The notes beneath the pieces are model-generated. The model had not been told where the DNA came from, searched no databases, and saw only the letters and a list, made by a program, of their open reading frames with translations. From positions 465,057 through 529,056 of the forward strand of contig CAWEOP010000006.1 in assembly GCA_963810755.1 (NCBI GenBank): DNA of 64,000 nucleotides. The letters run 5' to 3'. Made by a program: the position numbers and the translations under genes. The DNA comes from an uncultured Gammaproteobacteria bacterium (GTDB taxonomy: Bacteria; Pseudomonadota; Gammaproteobacteria; Steroidobacterales; Rariloculaceae). Positions 26,173 to 37,463 of this stretch are shown here, one piece after another (position 1 is the stretch's first letter; each line of letters starts with the position of its first letter).

Positions 26173-27845
26173 ATGACTCACAGAAAGATCACGCGCAAGG
26201 ATTTTCTGCGCCGCGCAGGGCGCTGGCGTAGGCGGCCTGTTGGTGGGCTCGGTGCTGCCGTCGCAAAACGTGCTGCGCGCGCAGCCGCGCGACGCGCGGC
26301 CGAACGTGCTGTTCATCTGCATGGACCAGCTGCGCTCGTGGCTCGACTTGCCCGAGAAGCTGCCGCTGCCGTCGTTCCGGCGGCTGCTGCGCGAGGGCCG
26401 TGGCTTTCGGAACTATCACGTGCACCAAGCGCCGTGCGGCCCGTCGCGCTCGACGTTCTACACGGGCCAGCACATCCAGAAGACGGGCATGTACACGAAC
26501 CCGGTCGGCGAGTTCGGCGAGTACTCGGTCGACGCGCCGCGCGGCGTCGAGCTGCCAAGCGGGCTTCCCGACGATCGGCACGATGCTGCGCGAGCAAGGC
26601 TACTACACCGCGTACAAGGGCAAGTGGCACTTGAGCGTCATCAACCAGAAGGTCGGCAAGAACGCGTTCCCGAACTCGATGAACTCGCTCGAGGACTACG
26701 GCTTCTCCGACTACAACTACGACGGCGAAGTCACACGGGCCTCACGTGGGCCGGCTTCGGCCACGACGGCGTCGTGACGGCCGAGTCGATCAACCTGCTC
26801 GAGCGTTTCGCGGCGGGCACGCACCGAAGGCAAGCCGTGGTTCCTCGCGGTGAATCTCGTCAATCCGCACGACATCATGTTCTTCGACGCCGATGGCGAC
26901 GGCGGCGGGCTCGTCGGCACGCCGACGCTCGGCGCGCCGGGCACGCCGCTCTACGCGAAGGACTGGGGCTTCGATCTGCCGCGCAGCTACCGCGCCGACG
27001 ATCTGTCGACGAAGCCGGCCGTGCAGCGAGGAGCTGTCGGGTTCACTCGAGGCCCGGCCGCTCACGGAGGCGCAGCTGCGCGTCTATCAGAACTACTACT
27101 TCAACTGCGTCCGCGACGTCGACCAGCACGTCGGCGCGCTGCTCGACACGCTCGACCGGCTCGGTCTCGCGCGGAATACCGTCGTCGTCAGTGACCGCGG
27201 ACCACGGCGAGCGCGGCGGCGCGCACGGCGGCATGCTCGGCAAGGGCGCGGACATATATAAGGAGACGCTGCGCGTGCCGCTGATCGTGCGTCACCCGGA
27301 CGTGCGCGGCGGCGGCCTCACCGACGCGCTCGCGGGCGGCATCGACCTCGCGCCGACGCTGCTCGGATTCGCGGGGCTTGAGCGACGCGGAGCGTGCACA
27401 GCGCTATCCCGATCTGCACGGCGTCGACTTGCGTGGGGCGATCGCCGACGCGCGCGCGCGCACGGCGCGCGACGCGCGCGGGATCCTGTTCAATTACGGC
27501 ACGCCGGGCGGATCGTGAACGACAAGGGACCGGTCGCGGGCAACACGACGCGCGGCCTGATCCGCGGCGTGTTCGACGGACGCTACAAGCTCGGCCGGTA
27601 CTTCCGCGCGACCGAGCACCATGTGCCGCGGGATTGGGACACGCTAGTCGCGCACAACGACCTCGAGCTCTACGACACCGCCGAGGATCCGGACGAGATC
27701 GTGAATCTCGCAGCGCGGCCCGACGGAGCAAAAAGCGCGGATACTGGAGCTCAACACGAAAGTGAACGCGTTGATCGAGACGGAAGTCGGAGCCGACGAC
27801 GGCGCGATGTACCCCGGACCCACGGAGCTGTACAACACCGTGTAG
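26173..27845 (+). pseudogene. Tat-exported arylsulfatase-family enzyme, frameshifted as assembled (about 8 frame changes)
   Basis: Tat signal RKDFLRRAG. PNVLFICMDQLR, formylglycine motif APCGPSRSTFYTG, GYYTAYKGKWHL, NLVNPHDIMFFD, VTADHGERGG...GKG, ...ELNTKVNALIETEVG...LYNTV*. Pieces lie in all three frames. Confidence 0.8.
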
Positions 27846-27874
27846 ACGGCGCGCCGCGAGCGCGGCGCGAACCG

Positions 27875-28252
27875 TCAGCTCGCGCGGCGCTCGACCTCGA
27901 GCGAGCTCAGCAGCGCCGACAACTTCTCGAAGTCCACGGGCTTGACGAGATGCCCGTCGAACCCCGCTTCGCGCGACTTGCGGCGGTCTTCGTCCTGTCC
28001 CCAGCCTGTCAACGCGACGAGCACGATGTTCCTTCCCCACGCCTGCTGCCGAATATACCGGCAGACTTCGTGCCCGCTCATCTTCGGCAAGCCGATGTCG
28101 AGCAGGATCACGTCGGGCCGATGCTTCTCGGCCTCGGCGACCGCTTCGGCGCCGTCATGGGCCGTGAAAGTCTCGTTGCCTTCGATCCGAAGCAGCATCG
28201 CGAGCGACACGGCGGAGTCCGCGTTGTCGTCGACGACGAGGATTCGCCGCAC
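27875..28252 (-). CDS. response-regulator receiver domain (stand-alone, or C-terminal REC of the upstream kinase)
   Basis: RRILVVDDNADSAVSLAMLL...PDVILLDIGLPKMSGHEV...ALTGWGQDEDRRKSREAGFDGHLVKP. The kinase ORF overruns it by 98 nt. Confidence 0.85.
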   Translation of the reverse strand: MRRILVVDDNADSAVSLAMLLRIEGNETFTAHDGAEAVAEAEKHRPDVILLDIGLPKMSGHEVCRYIRQQAWGRNIVLVALTGWGQDEDRRKSREAGFDGHLVKPVDFEKLSALLSSLEVERRAS

Positions 28253-30531
28253 CTCCGGCTTCGGGCGATCGGCAGCCGCGGGGAAGGTCGTCTACGCCGG
28301 CTTCCTCCGCCGGCACCGGCAAGCGGACGACGAACCGGCTGCCGGTTCCCAAACCCGCGCTGTGCGCCTCGACCTGGCCGCCGTGCATCTGCACGAGCCT
28401 CTTCACGAGCGTGAGGCCGATGCCGAGCCCGCCTTGCGCCTTGTCCGAGCCGCCATCCACTTGAGTGAACATCTCGAAGATGCTCTCGAGCTTGTCTCGC
28501 GGGATGCCCGTGCCGGTGTCCTGCACGGCCACGACGACGTCGTTTCCCTCCCGCTGCGCGCTCACCGTGATGCTGCCGCCGGTATCCGAGTACTTGCACG
28601 CATTGTTGAGCAGGTTACCGAACACCTGGGTGAGCCGAGCAGGATCGGCCTCCAACCAAATCGGCTCGGGCGGCAGCTCCAACCGGAGCTCGTGGCCGAG
28701 CGATTCGGCGAGCGGGCGGGACGCTTCGGCCGCCTGCTGAATCGCGGTCGCGAGCTCGACGCGGCTCGGCCGCAGCTCGAGCCGGTTGTGCGTGATGCGG
28801 TTCAAGTCGAGCAGGTCGTCGACCAACCGAATCATCTGCCCGAGCTGCCGCTCCATCGTGTCGCGTGCGCGGCGGACGGCGCCGTCGTCGTCCGAGCGCT
28901 TCCAGATCTCGAGGACGTTCGAGAGTGGCGCGAGCGGGCCGCGCAGCTCGTGTGCGAGCGTCGCGAGGAACTCGTCCTTGCGCCGGTCCGCCTCGGAGAG
29001 GTCGGCGGCCAAGCCGCGGAGGTTGTCCTCGAGCCGCCTCCGGTCGGTGACGTCTTGGCTCACGGTCGCAAACGCCGTCGGCCGGCCGTCGCCGTCTTGG
29101 AGCGTCAGCACCTTGTAGGCCATCCAGCGCGCTTCGCCGGTCTTGAAGTTGCGGAAGCGAACTTCGACCTCGCCATGGCCCTGTTCCAGAACCTTGGGGA
29201 AGAAATTCGTCGATCATCTTGGACCGATCTTCCGGGAAGAAGAAATCCCCGACGGGCACGCTGCGGGCCTGCTCCACGCTCTCGAGCCCGACCATCGCGA
29301 GGCCCGCGCGATTCACGAACGTCGGCACGCCTTGCAGATCGCAGATGCCGATGAAGTCGGTGCTCGTTTCGACGAGCGTGACGAACTTCTCACGCTCGGC
29401 CTCGGCTACGCGTTCGCGCATGATGTCGCGCACGATCTTCGACGCGCCGATGATGTTGCCGTCGTCGTCGCGCACGGGCGAAATCGTGAGCGCCACCCAA
29501 ATCCGCTGCCCGTCGGCGCGCAGCCGCTCCGTCTCGAAATGCTCGATCCGCTTGCCGGCCTTGAGGCTGGCAACGATCTCGTCTTCCTCGGCGATCCGCT
29601 CGGGCGGGATCACGAGGGAGATATGGCGGCCAATGGCCTTGTCGGCCGGATAGCCGAACAGGTGCTCGGCCGCGTCGTTCCAGGTCTGAATGACGCCGTC
29701 CAGAGACTTGCTGATGATCGCGGCGTCCGACGATTCGACGATCGACGCGAGCAACCGGGCGCCGAGTAGCTGGACCGCTTTGTCGCGCTCGCTGCGCCGC
29801 TGCGCCTCGACGTCGCGGAAGATCAGCACGCTGCCCGAGACCTGACCGTGCTCGTCGCGAATCGGCGCCGCGCTGTCGTCGATCGCGCGCTCGGTACCGT
29901 CCTTGCTGATGAGCAGAGTGTGATTCGCAAGACCGACGACGACGCCTTCGCGTAGCGCCCGCTCAGCGGGGTTGTCGACCGGCCGGCGCGTGCTCTCGTT
30001 GATGATTCGGAACACCGCGCCGAGCGGCTGGCCGAACGCGTCCTCGTGCGACCAACCCGTCAACGACTCGGCCACCTCGTTCAAGTAGGTGACGCAACCC
30101 TCGACATCGGTGGTGACCACGGCGTCGCCGATGCTGCGCAGAGTGACCCGCAATGTCTCCTGTCGCTCGGCGGCATGCCGCTGCGCGGCGCGCATCATCT
30201 CGCCGAAGCCGATGATCAGCGCGCAAGTAAAAAGATAGGCAGAGATTCCGACTACGTCGCTGACGTGCGCGAGCACGATCGTGCCGCGCGGCTCGACGAA
30301 GAGGTAGTCGCACGCGAAGTAGCCGAGCACGGCGACGACGGCCGCCGGCGCAAAGCCGCCCACCCACACCGCAGCTGCGACCGCGCCGTAAAGGGTGACA
30401 AGCGGCAGCGCGTCGCCCAGCAACGGATCGAGGGCCCAGCGCGCTAGGACGGCCACGGCGAGCGCCGCGAGGGAAAAGGCGAAGCCTTGCGCCGGGGTAC
30501 AGGTGCCGCCGCTTGGCCAAGGAATTCTCAC
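28155..30531 (-). pseudogene. PAS-domain sensor histidine kinase (DUF4118-like membrane N-terminus), frameshifted as assembled
   Basis: N-terminal part in ORF 28615..30531 (3 PAS-like blocks). Frame change at about 29196-29208 (GAATTTCTTCCCC). HisKA FLATLAHELRGPL and HATPase NLLNNACKYS...DTGTGI...GLGIGLTLV in ORF 28155..29123. Confidence 0.8.
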
Positions 30532-30592
30532 CGGCGCATTATCGTCGGCGGTGGGCCAACCTCAACAAGAATCTGGGCGACGCGCGACCGGG

Positions 30593-31051
30593 CTACTTCG
30601 GCGGAGCGGCGCCCGAGCCCGCGGCGGCGTCCGGCGCCTTGTCGTCCGGCTTACCCGTGCTCGGCGAGAGCCCGCCGAACCCGACCGTGAGCCCGTTCGC
30701 GGTGAAGGCCTGGATGAAGCCGCCGTCCGCGCCGTCGTGACGCGGCGCAATCAGGATCGATATCTTATCGCCCACCTTCACGGCGCCTTTGGTGAAGCCC
30801 GCGCGATAGAAATTGCTCGCGCTGTGCCCCTCATATTCGACGTCGCGAGTTCCTTTCTCGTCCGTCACCGAGACGACGGCGAAGGTATGGGGGTTCACCA
30901 CGTTGAACTCCTTGACGACGCCTTCGATCGTGACCTTTTTGCTGAAATCGAACGGCGCGGCTGAATGATGCGCCGTCGCGACCGCTGCCCAAAGCATGAG
31001 CGACGGAGCGGCGGTGGCCGCGACGACAAATTTCTTGATCATTGGCGACAT
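30593..31051 (-). CDS. stand-alone DUF6152-like secreted protein (HHS...NPH)
   Basis: GGGAGAG SD before ATG 31051. Signal ...LWAAVATA|HHSAAPFDF...VVNPHTFA. Pro/Ala/Gly-rich tail. Confidence 0.75.
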   Translation of the reverse strand: MSPMIKKFVVAATAAPSLMLWAAVATAHHSAAPFDFSKKVTIEGVVKEFNVVNPHTFAVVSVTDEKGTRDVEYEGHSASNFYRAGFTKGAVKVGDKISILIAPRHDGADGGFIQAFTANGLTVGFGGLSPSTGKPDDKAPDAAAGSGAAPPK

Positions 31052-31082
31052 ACGAGCTCTCCCAATCCAGTCTCGCAACACG

Positions 31083-31882
31083 TCATTCTTTCTCTTCGCG
31101 CGCTTTGTAGACGTCGCTCATCCGAGCATCGGCCGGCTTCCCGGCTTTCAACTGCTCGCGCCGCGTCTTGAGAAGCGCGAACCAGAACTCGTCGGGGCAG
31201 CGGTACGGAATGATGAATCCGTTCAAAGGCGCCCACTTCTTCTGCACCTTGATGGGCTCGGTGTAGTAGATCGGATCGTCATCGTCATCTCGTAGGAGAT
31301 GACCTTCGTTCCCTTCGCGTCCGCGCCGAGGGAGAACCGCTCGACGATCTTCGCCTCGTCGCTGCGCGGGTGCTGCATCTGATCTTGCCCGTCCGTGAGA
31401 TCGGTCGTCTCGACGACGAGCACGTCGGCTTCCCAATGTCCCGAGGAATAGCCTTGCCGGCTCGGCAGCCGCTTCTCCGGAGGAACCTGCCGATCGCCGA
31501 TGTAGATCCGGCGCAGCTCGCTTTCGACCTCGTAGATGATCGTCACCTGATCGGGCTTCTGGATGAACTCGATCGGATAGCCGCCGGCCTGCTCCATCAT
31601 TGACGGCATGCCGTAGTCGACGCAGTAGGCGGCGGGATTCGCGGCCTCGGGCCCCAACAGCTTCCGGTACTCGTCGTACCGGCGCCGGCCCTCGGGCGTG
31701 AACGGCTGATTGGGCGGCGTGCGGCCGAAGCCGCGCGGCGACTGTCCGGGCTCGACATACATCGTCCAGACGCCGGTGAAATCCGGCCGCTCCTTCTCAG
31801 CGGCTGGGTCGGCCCGGCCATGACGAGCAGCGCGCGCCGAAACAGCGACCGAGCCGAGAACCGTCAAACATTTCTGCGCCAT
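31083..31882 (-). pseudogene. secreted Cys-bracketed domain protein (family copy 4), one frameshift as assembled
   Basis: ORF 31223..31882: PDFTGVWTMY, YCVDYGMPSMMEQAGGYPIEF, GYSSGHWEADVLVVETTDL. Continues in ORF 31083..31436: DPIYYTEPIKVQKKW...IPYRCPDEF. Confidence 0.7.
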
Positions 31883-31935
31883 GCAATGCTCCCCCTACGC
31901 GCGCGCGTTCCCGCAGACTTTGCCGGTCGCGCCGC

Positions 31936-32753
31936 CTAGTACGGATTCGCGATCGGCGACTCTTGGCCGGAGAGCAGCGTGATGATCTTCGCACCCTCGG
32001 GCGTCAGTACGATCTCCTCCTCGATGCGCGCGGCCGAGATGCCGTCGGTGCGGGGCAGTAGGTCTCGACCGCGAACACCATGCCGACCTTGAGCTCGATC
32101 GGGTCGCGGAACGACGTGACGCGCGAGATGAGCGGACGCTCGTGCAGCCCGAGTCCCAAACCGTGGCAGAAGTTAAGGCCGAACGCGTCGATCTCGCTCG
32201 CGAAGCCGATCTCGTCGGCCGTCGGCAGCGCATGCGCCACCTCGTCGCTGCTCATCCCGGGTCTCAGCAACTCGATCGTCCGGTCCATCCACTCGCGTGC
32301 CTTACGATAGGCGGTGCGCTGCGGACTCGTCGCGCGGCCGACCGAGAACGTGCGGTAGTAGCACGTGCGATAGCCGATGAACGACTGGATGACGTCGAAG
32401 AACGCCTGGTCCCCGGGCCGGATCAAGCGATCCGTGAAGTTGTGCGGATGCGGGGAGCAGCGCTCGCCGGAGATCGCGTTGATCGCTTCGACATTGTCCG
32501 AGCCGAGATCGTACAAGCGGCTAGTCGCGAGCGCGACGATCTCCGATTCCTTCACGCCGGGCTTCAGCGCTTCGGAAATGTCCTGGTAAACGCCGTCGAC
32601 CATCGCGGCCGCCATGTTGAGCAGCGTGATCTCGTCGTGACTCTTCACCTCGCGCGCGTGCAGCATCGTCTGCTGGCCGTCGCGCACGTCGATGCCCGCG
32701 TTCTGCAGCTCGAACATCATCGGCGGCTCGATCACGTCCACGCCCACGGGCAT
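31936..32753 (-). pseudogene. M24 (creatinase/prolidase-type) metallopeptidase fragment: N-domain missing, 3' frameshift
   Basis: Catalytic 'pita-bread' half (SHDEITLLNMAAAMVDG...GYRTCYYRTF...HGLGLGLHERP...VFAVETY). An in-frame TGA lies just upstream of the first Met. The tail ...DGISAARIEEEIVLTPEGAKIITLL...NPY* is in another frame. Confidence 0.65.
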
Positions 32754-32791
32754 GTCGCCGACGCCTTCCGCATCAGTTCAAATCATCGATC

Positions 32792-33103
32792 GTGACGGAG
32801 TCGTACACCTACGAGCGCCAGCAGAGCTCGTTCGCCGTGGCCGGCATCCAGGCCGGCAGCTCGACGGTCTCGATGAGCCGCGTCACGGTCGCTGTCGACG
32901 GCGTCCTCGTCACGGGCGATTGGGAGCCGCAGACTCTCGAGAGCACCACCGCGAAGAACTTTCGGCGCGGCACTGACGTGCCGGCCGCGGTCACCCGCAA
33001 CAAGTTGTTGTTGAAGCTGCCCGACGGCAGCGTAGTCACTACCAAGATCGTCAAGCGCGAGAAACAGAAGCCGCCGCATCTGAGCGGCAGACCGCACGAC
33101 TGA
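32792..33103 (+). CDS. orphan hypothetical protein (103 aa)
   Basis: No recognisable motif. Called only because third-codon positions are overwhelmingly G/C in this frame (read by eye) and the peptide is not Arg/Ala junk: TESYTYERQQSSFAVAGIQ...LLKLPDGSVVTTKIVKREKQKP. Confidence 0.4.
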   Translation: MTESYTYERQQSSFAVAGIQAGSSTVSMSRVTVAVDGVLVTGDWEPQTLESTTAKNFRRGTDVPAAVTRNKLLLKLPDGSVVTTKIVKREKQKPPHLSGRPHD

Positions 33104-33172
33104 TCCGATTCGGTTGCCCCGCGTGCGGCGGCGGCCGACACGGCGTTCATGCGAGGCCACATCTCGATACCG

Positions 33173-34140
33173 ATGCGCACGTTACTTATGATGTCTCGCG
33201 GCGCTCTGCGTGCGAACGCTCGGGCGCAGACGCCTGCACCCGCGCAAGCGCCTCTGACCGTCCCGAACGGTCTGCCGGCACGGTGCTTTCAACATCCCGG
33301 ATCCCGTGCAGCCCAATGCGCCGCCGATCACAGGCACGGTCCGCGTGCCGGGCAGCACGAAGGAGTACGACGCCGCGGCCATCGCGGGCAACGCCAATCC
33401 GCCGGACTGGTTTCCCGACGAGCACCCGCCGGCACCGCAAGTGGTTGCCGGCCCGGCGCCGAATGCGTGCGGCTCGTGTCATCTCATGTCGGGTCAAGGC
33501 CACTCGGAGTCGGCCGACATCGCCGGCAGCTCCCACCGAATACCTCATTCGACAAATGAGTGACTTCAAAAGCGGCGCGCGCAAGGAGGAGACCAGGATG
33601 GGGCCGATTGCGCGCGCGACGTCGGACGACGATGTCCGACTCGCAGCGGCGTATTACGCGGCTATCCGGCCGATCCCGTTCGTCAAGTAGTCGAAACGGC
33701 CACGCCGCCGAAGACCTACGTGAGCGTCGTCGCGCGCCACCGCATTCTCGCGCCGGACGGCGGGACGGAGCCGATCGGCCGGCGTATCGTCCAGATTCCC
33801 GAAGACCCGTTTCGCACGAATATTCGCGACCCGCGCTCGGGCTTCATCGCTTACGCGCCGCCGGGAAGCGTTCGCCGCGGAGAGGGGCTCGTGAAGACGG
33901 GCGACGGCGGGAAGACCGTTCCGTGCGGAATGTGCCACGGCGATGCGCTCCTCGGTGCTCGGTGAGGTACCGCGTCTCGCCGGCATGCAACCCGTCTACA
34001 TCGCGCGGCAGTTGATCACGATGCAAAACGGCACCAGCGCCGGCGCGAAAGCGGCGCCGATGAAGGAAGCCGTCGCGAAGCTATCGGAAGACGACATCAT
34101 CGCGATCGCGGCTTACTTAGGCTCGCTCCCGCCTCGCTGA
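33173..34140 (+). pseudogene. di-heme c-type cytochrome, frameshifted as assembled (at least 4 frame changes)
   Basis: Heme motifs CGSCH (ORF 33306..33563) and CGMCH (ORF 33720..33965). Linking pieces YLIRQMSDFKSGARK... and PRLAGMQPVYIARQLITMQNG...DDIIAIAAYLGSLPPR*. Confidence 0.7.
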
Positions 34141-35298
34141 GCGGGATCGCTGCCGCCCATTCGCGTGCGTCCAGCGCTCGTCAGTCGAGGCCAACAACTG
34201 CTCGACCACCGTCGCGACGGGAATTACGTGCCCGTACTCGCCGACGTTCACCAAGAAGGAGACTCGCTCCGTCATGTACTCCTGGGTGCTCGCAGAGTAG
34301 ACCTCCTTGGCGGCGAGGCCTTTCACGCCGGAAAAACAACAGTTGTCGAATTCATTGTAGATCTCCACGTGCCTGCGACGCGGCTGAAAACCGCCCGCCG
34401 CTTCGTAGAGCGCTTGGTAGCTCAGCAGCCGAAATACGTGTGGACCGTATTGTTCCCAGTCGCCGAGGTCGTCCGTCCCGTCGAGGTCCGGTGTGCGCAG
34501 CTCGATCGGCAAGGTTCCCCGCTACGCTCACGGATCTCGTTATTCTCCAGTCCAACGCGGCGTAATTCGTCGTCGCCCCACCGCCACCACTGCGACCGGT
34601 CATGTGAATGGTTCGATACTTCGGCCCGAGATAATCGATCGCGCGATTGATGTGATTGAAGAAATACGCTAGGGCCGACTCACCTGGTTGATCGACGGAG
34701 CAAACCAGTTGTGCAGCTTGCCGGTGTAGGTGGTTCCGTTGAAATCGATCGTCTGGCCGCAGTTCGTCGCCAATAGGGGCATATCGAGGTAGAGGACGTC
34801 TGCGCGTTCGAGAACGCGTGCGATCAGGTCATTCGCGTCCGGCAAGACGTATCCGCCATACGCGCGAGCGACGTGCATGCCATGTGGCCCTCGTGGTAGA
34901 TGACGAGGACGTCGTGCCTCGTCGAGAACAGGAAAGCACGATAGGTTGTCCCGAGCGACTGTATCTGGAGCTCATCGCAAATCGGTGGTGTCAGCAGATC
35001 GGGGATTTGTTCCTCGTGCTCGGAGCAAGAGGAGGACAACACCGTTCCAGAACTATCTCGAACGAGACCTTCCTGGCGCAGTGTGTTGCGCGTCTGCACT
35101 GCACGGCGCTCGCCTTCTGGCGCTGTCGGGCGTTCTGTCCGGCCAATTCGTTTGAGCCACCTGACTCTGTGCAGCTGCCTGCGGTTGTTCCTGTTGCTTT
35201 AGATCTTCTTGTGCCACAGCTTCGCAGCCGGCGACGGCGACGGCGACGAGAGAAAGCACTAGAGCGTCCAACCTAAACCGAGAATCCATGACCGTCAC
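34117..35298 (-). pseudogene. alpha/beta-hydrolase-like lipoprotein in a lower-GC patch, frameshifted as assembled
   Basis: Lipobox LVAVAVAGC (ORF 35053..35298). Pieces VLVIYHEGH, HVARAYGGYVLPDAN..., nucleophile elbow IHMTGRSGGG (GxSxG), ...EYGHVIPVATV. At least 4 frames used. The 3' end is uncertain. Confidence 0.5.
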
Positions 35299-35540
35299 GA
35301 GATCTTCCCAAGCACCAAAACCGGTCCGAGACTTTATGTCGTATCGCCGCGCTGAGACTGTGCAGCGCTTCGCGGTCTTCCCGCGGCGAAAAGGATCGCC
35401 GTCACACTTTTCCGACAGGATTGTTTCGCGAAACAGGTGCGATAGTTAGCCGGCTCTATTTGGCGGTCCGCGGAGGGGCGGGATGCGCGTGTGCTACCGC
35501 CGCAGTCACGGGGTGGCTATGATCGGCGCCTCTGTAGCAA

Positions 35541-36533
35541 ATGAGACAACGCATGCGCACGACACTCGCCTTTCGCACTTACTTACTCTGCGTTCTGATC
35601 GTGGCGAGCGGTCTCGGCTTGCGGGACGCGGTCGCACAAAGCGCTCCGCTCGCGCAGAGCGCCGCCGCAGCGCAAAGCGCGGCGAGCTGCGACAACGCCT
35701 GCCTGAAGGGCTTCGTCGACGGCTACATCGACGCGCTCTCGCATCGCGACGCCACGAAGCTGCCCGTGGCCAAAGAGGTGAAATACACCGAGAACGGCCG
35801 CGTGCTCGATCTCGGCGAAGGCTTCTGGCACACGGCCGGCGCGCCGATCCCCTATCGCGACTACATTCTCGATCCGAGCACGGGCAGCGTGGCCGTTTCA
35901 CGGCGCTGAAGGAGTACGACGCCACCGCGGAGATGTTCGTGCGCCTGAAGGTCGCGAGCGGCAAGATCACGGAGATCGAGACGTTCGTCGTGCGCGTCGG
36001 CGACCAGCGCTGGTTCGCGCCGCAGAACCTCGAGCACCTGTCCGACATCTTCGCGCAGACGGTGCCGGCCGCGCGAGCGGCACACGCGCGAGCAGCTCGT
36101 CGCGACGGCCGAACTCGTATTTCGACGCGATCCAGACCGAGGGCACGCCGCAGTTCAAGCAGGCGCCGTTCGCACCCGGCATGAAGCGGTTCGAGAACGG
36201 CTTGCAGACCACGAACGTGACGGAGAAGCCGATCATGGAGCGCCACACGTGGAGCCCGGATCTACAGCTCGAGCGTGCGTCGTACAAAGGCACGATGGTC
36301 ATGGACCGGCGTCTTCCGATCGTCGACGTCGAGCACGGCACGGTGCTCGCCGTCGGCACGTTCCGGCGCGAAGGCCCGGATACTTCCACGCTGCTCTTGG
36401 CCGAGATGTTCAAGGTCACGGCGGCAAGCTGCGCGAGATCCGCGCGGTGATCCTGAACTTGCCGAACGGCGCTGGCACGGGTGGACGTCTTCGCATTGAC
36501 ACGCACCACGACTCGCCGCGAGCTCCGCGCTGA
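35541..36533 (+). pseudogene. secreted protein with N-terminal CDxxC, paralog of 56043..56981, frameshifted as assembled
   Basis: Signal + SCDNACLKGFVDGYIDAL...VKYTENG aligns with ACDRACLKSTLDSYLQAV...YRHTENA of the intact paralog. Later pieces are in two other frames. The 3' end is uncertain. Confidence 0.6.
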
Positions 36534-37406
36534 TCGCGGCCGGCGCCGCGGCCGGCGCGTATCGCAGGAACACGTGGGCGCAGCGCCCACTGCCGGCTCG
36601 CACGATCCCGAGCACGGGGGAGCCGTTGCCGATCATCGGGCTCGGGTCGTCGGCCGTGTCGGAGATCGCGGAGCACGGCGCGGAGCGTGTCGAAGGCGTC
36701 GTGCGCGCGTTGGTCGAGCACGGCGGCAAGGTCGTCGACACGTGGCCGCGCAACGCGGACAACGACGGCGCGTTCGGGCAGATCATCGACGCACCCGATC
36801 TGCGCGGCCGGTTGTTCGTGACGGTGAACCTCGAGCAGACGGAGCGGCAGGCCGGAATTGCTCAGCTCGAGCGCGCGCTGCGCGCCTATCGGCGCGACTC
36901 GATCGATCTCGTGAACGTGGGCAGCCCATGGGCCTCGACGTGCACTGGCCGAGCCTCAAGAATCTGAAAGAAGCGGGCCGAGCGCGCTACATCGGCGTGA
37001 CCGCCGCGCGCGCGGAGCTTTACGATCAGCTCGAAGCGTTCCTGCGCACCGAAACGCCGGACTTCGTCGAGATCAACTACTCCGTCACGGAGCGCGAAGC
37101 GGAGCGGCGCTTCCTCCCGATGCTCGCGGAGCGCGGCATCGCGACGTTGATCAGCCGGCCGTTCATGAACGGCGCCTACTTCGAGCGCCTCGCGAACGCG
37201 CCGGTGCCCGACTGGGCCGCGGAATTCGAATGCGCGAGAGCTGGGCGGATTTCTCGCTGCAGTACATCCTCGCTACGGCCGTCACCTGCGTGCTCACGGA
37301 GACGACGAACGCGGCGCACATGACGGAGAACGCGCTCTGCGCCCTGAAGCCGATACCCGATGCCGCGGCGCGGCAACGGATGCGTGAGGTCATCGACGCG
37401 GCGTAG
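36481..37406 (+). pseudogene. aldo/keto reductase with Tat-like leader, frameshifted as assembled
   Basis: Leader VDVFALTRTTTRRELRA + LIAAGAAAGAY (needs one frame change). PIIGLGSSAV, DTWPRNADNDG, IDLVNV, YIGVTAA..., ...LATAVTCVLTETTNAAHMTEN... ends at TAG 37404-37406. Confidence 0.7.
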
Positions 37407-37463
37407 ACCCTCGCGTCGGGCGCTGCCCGCTCCCACCGTGAGCTGCACGCGCACTGCCGGTGT

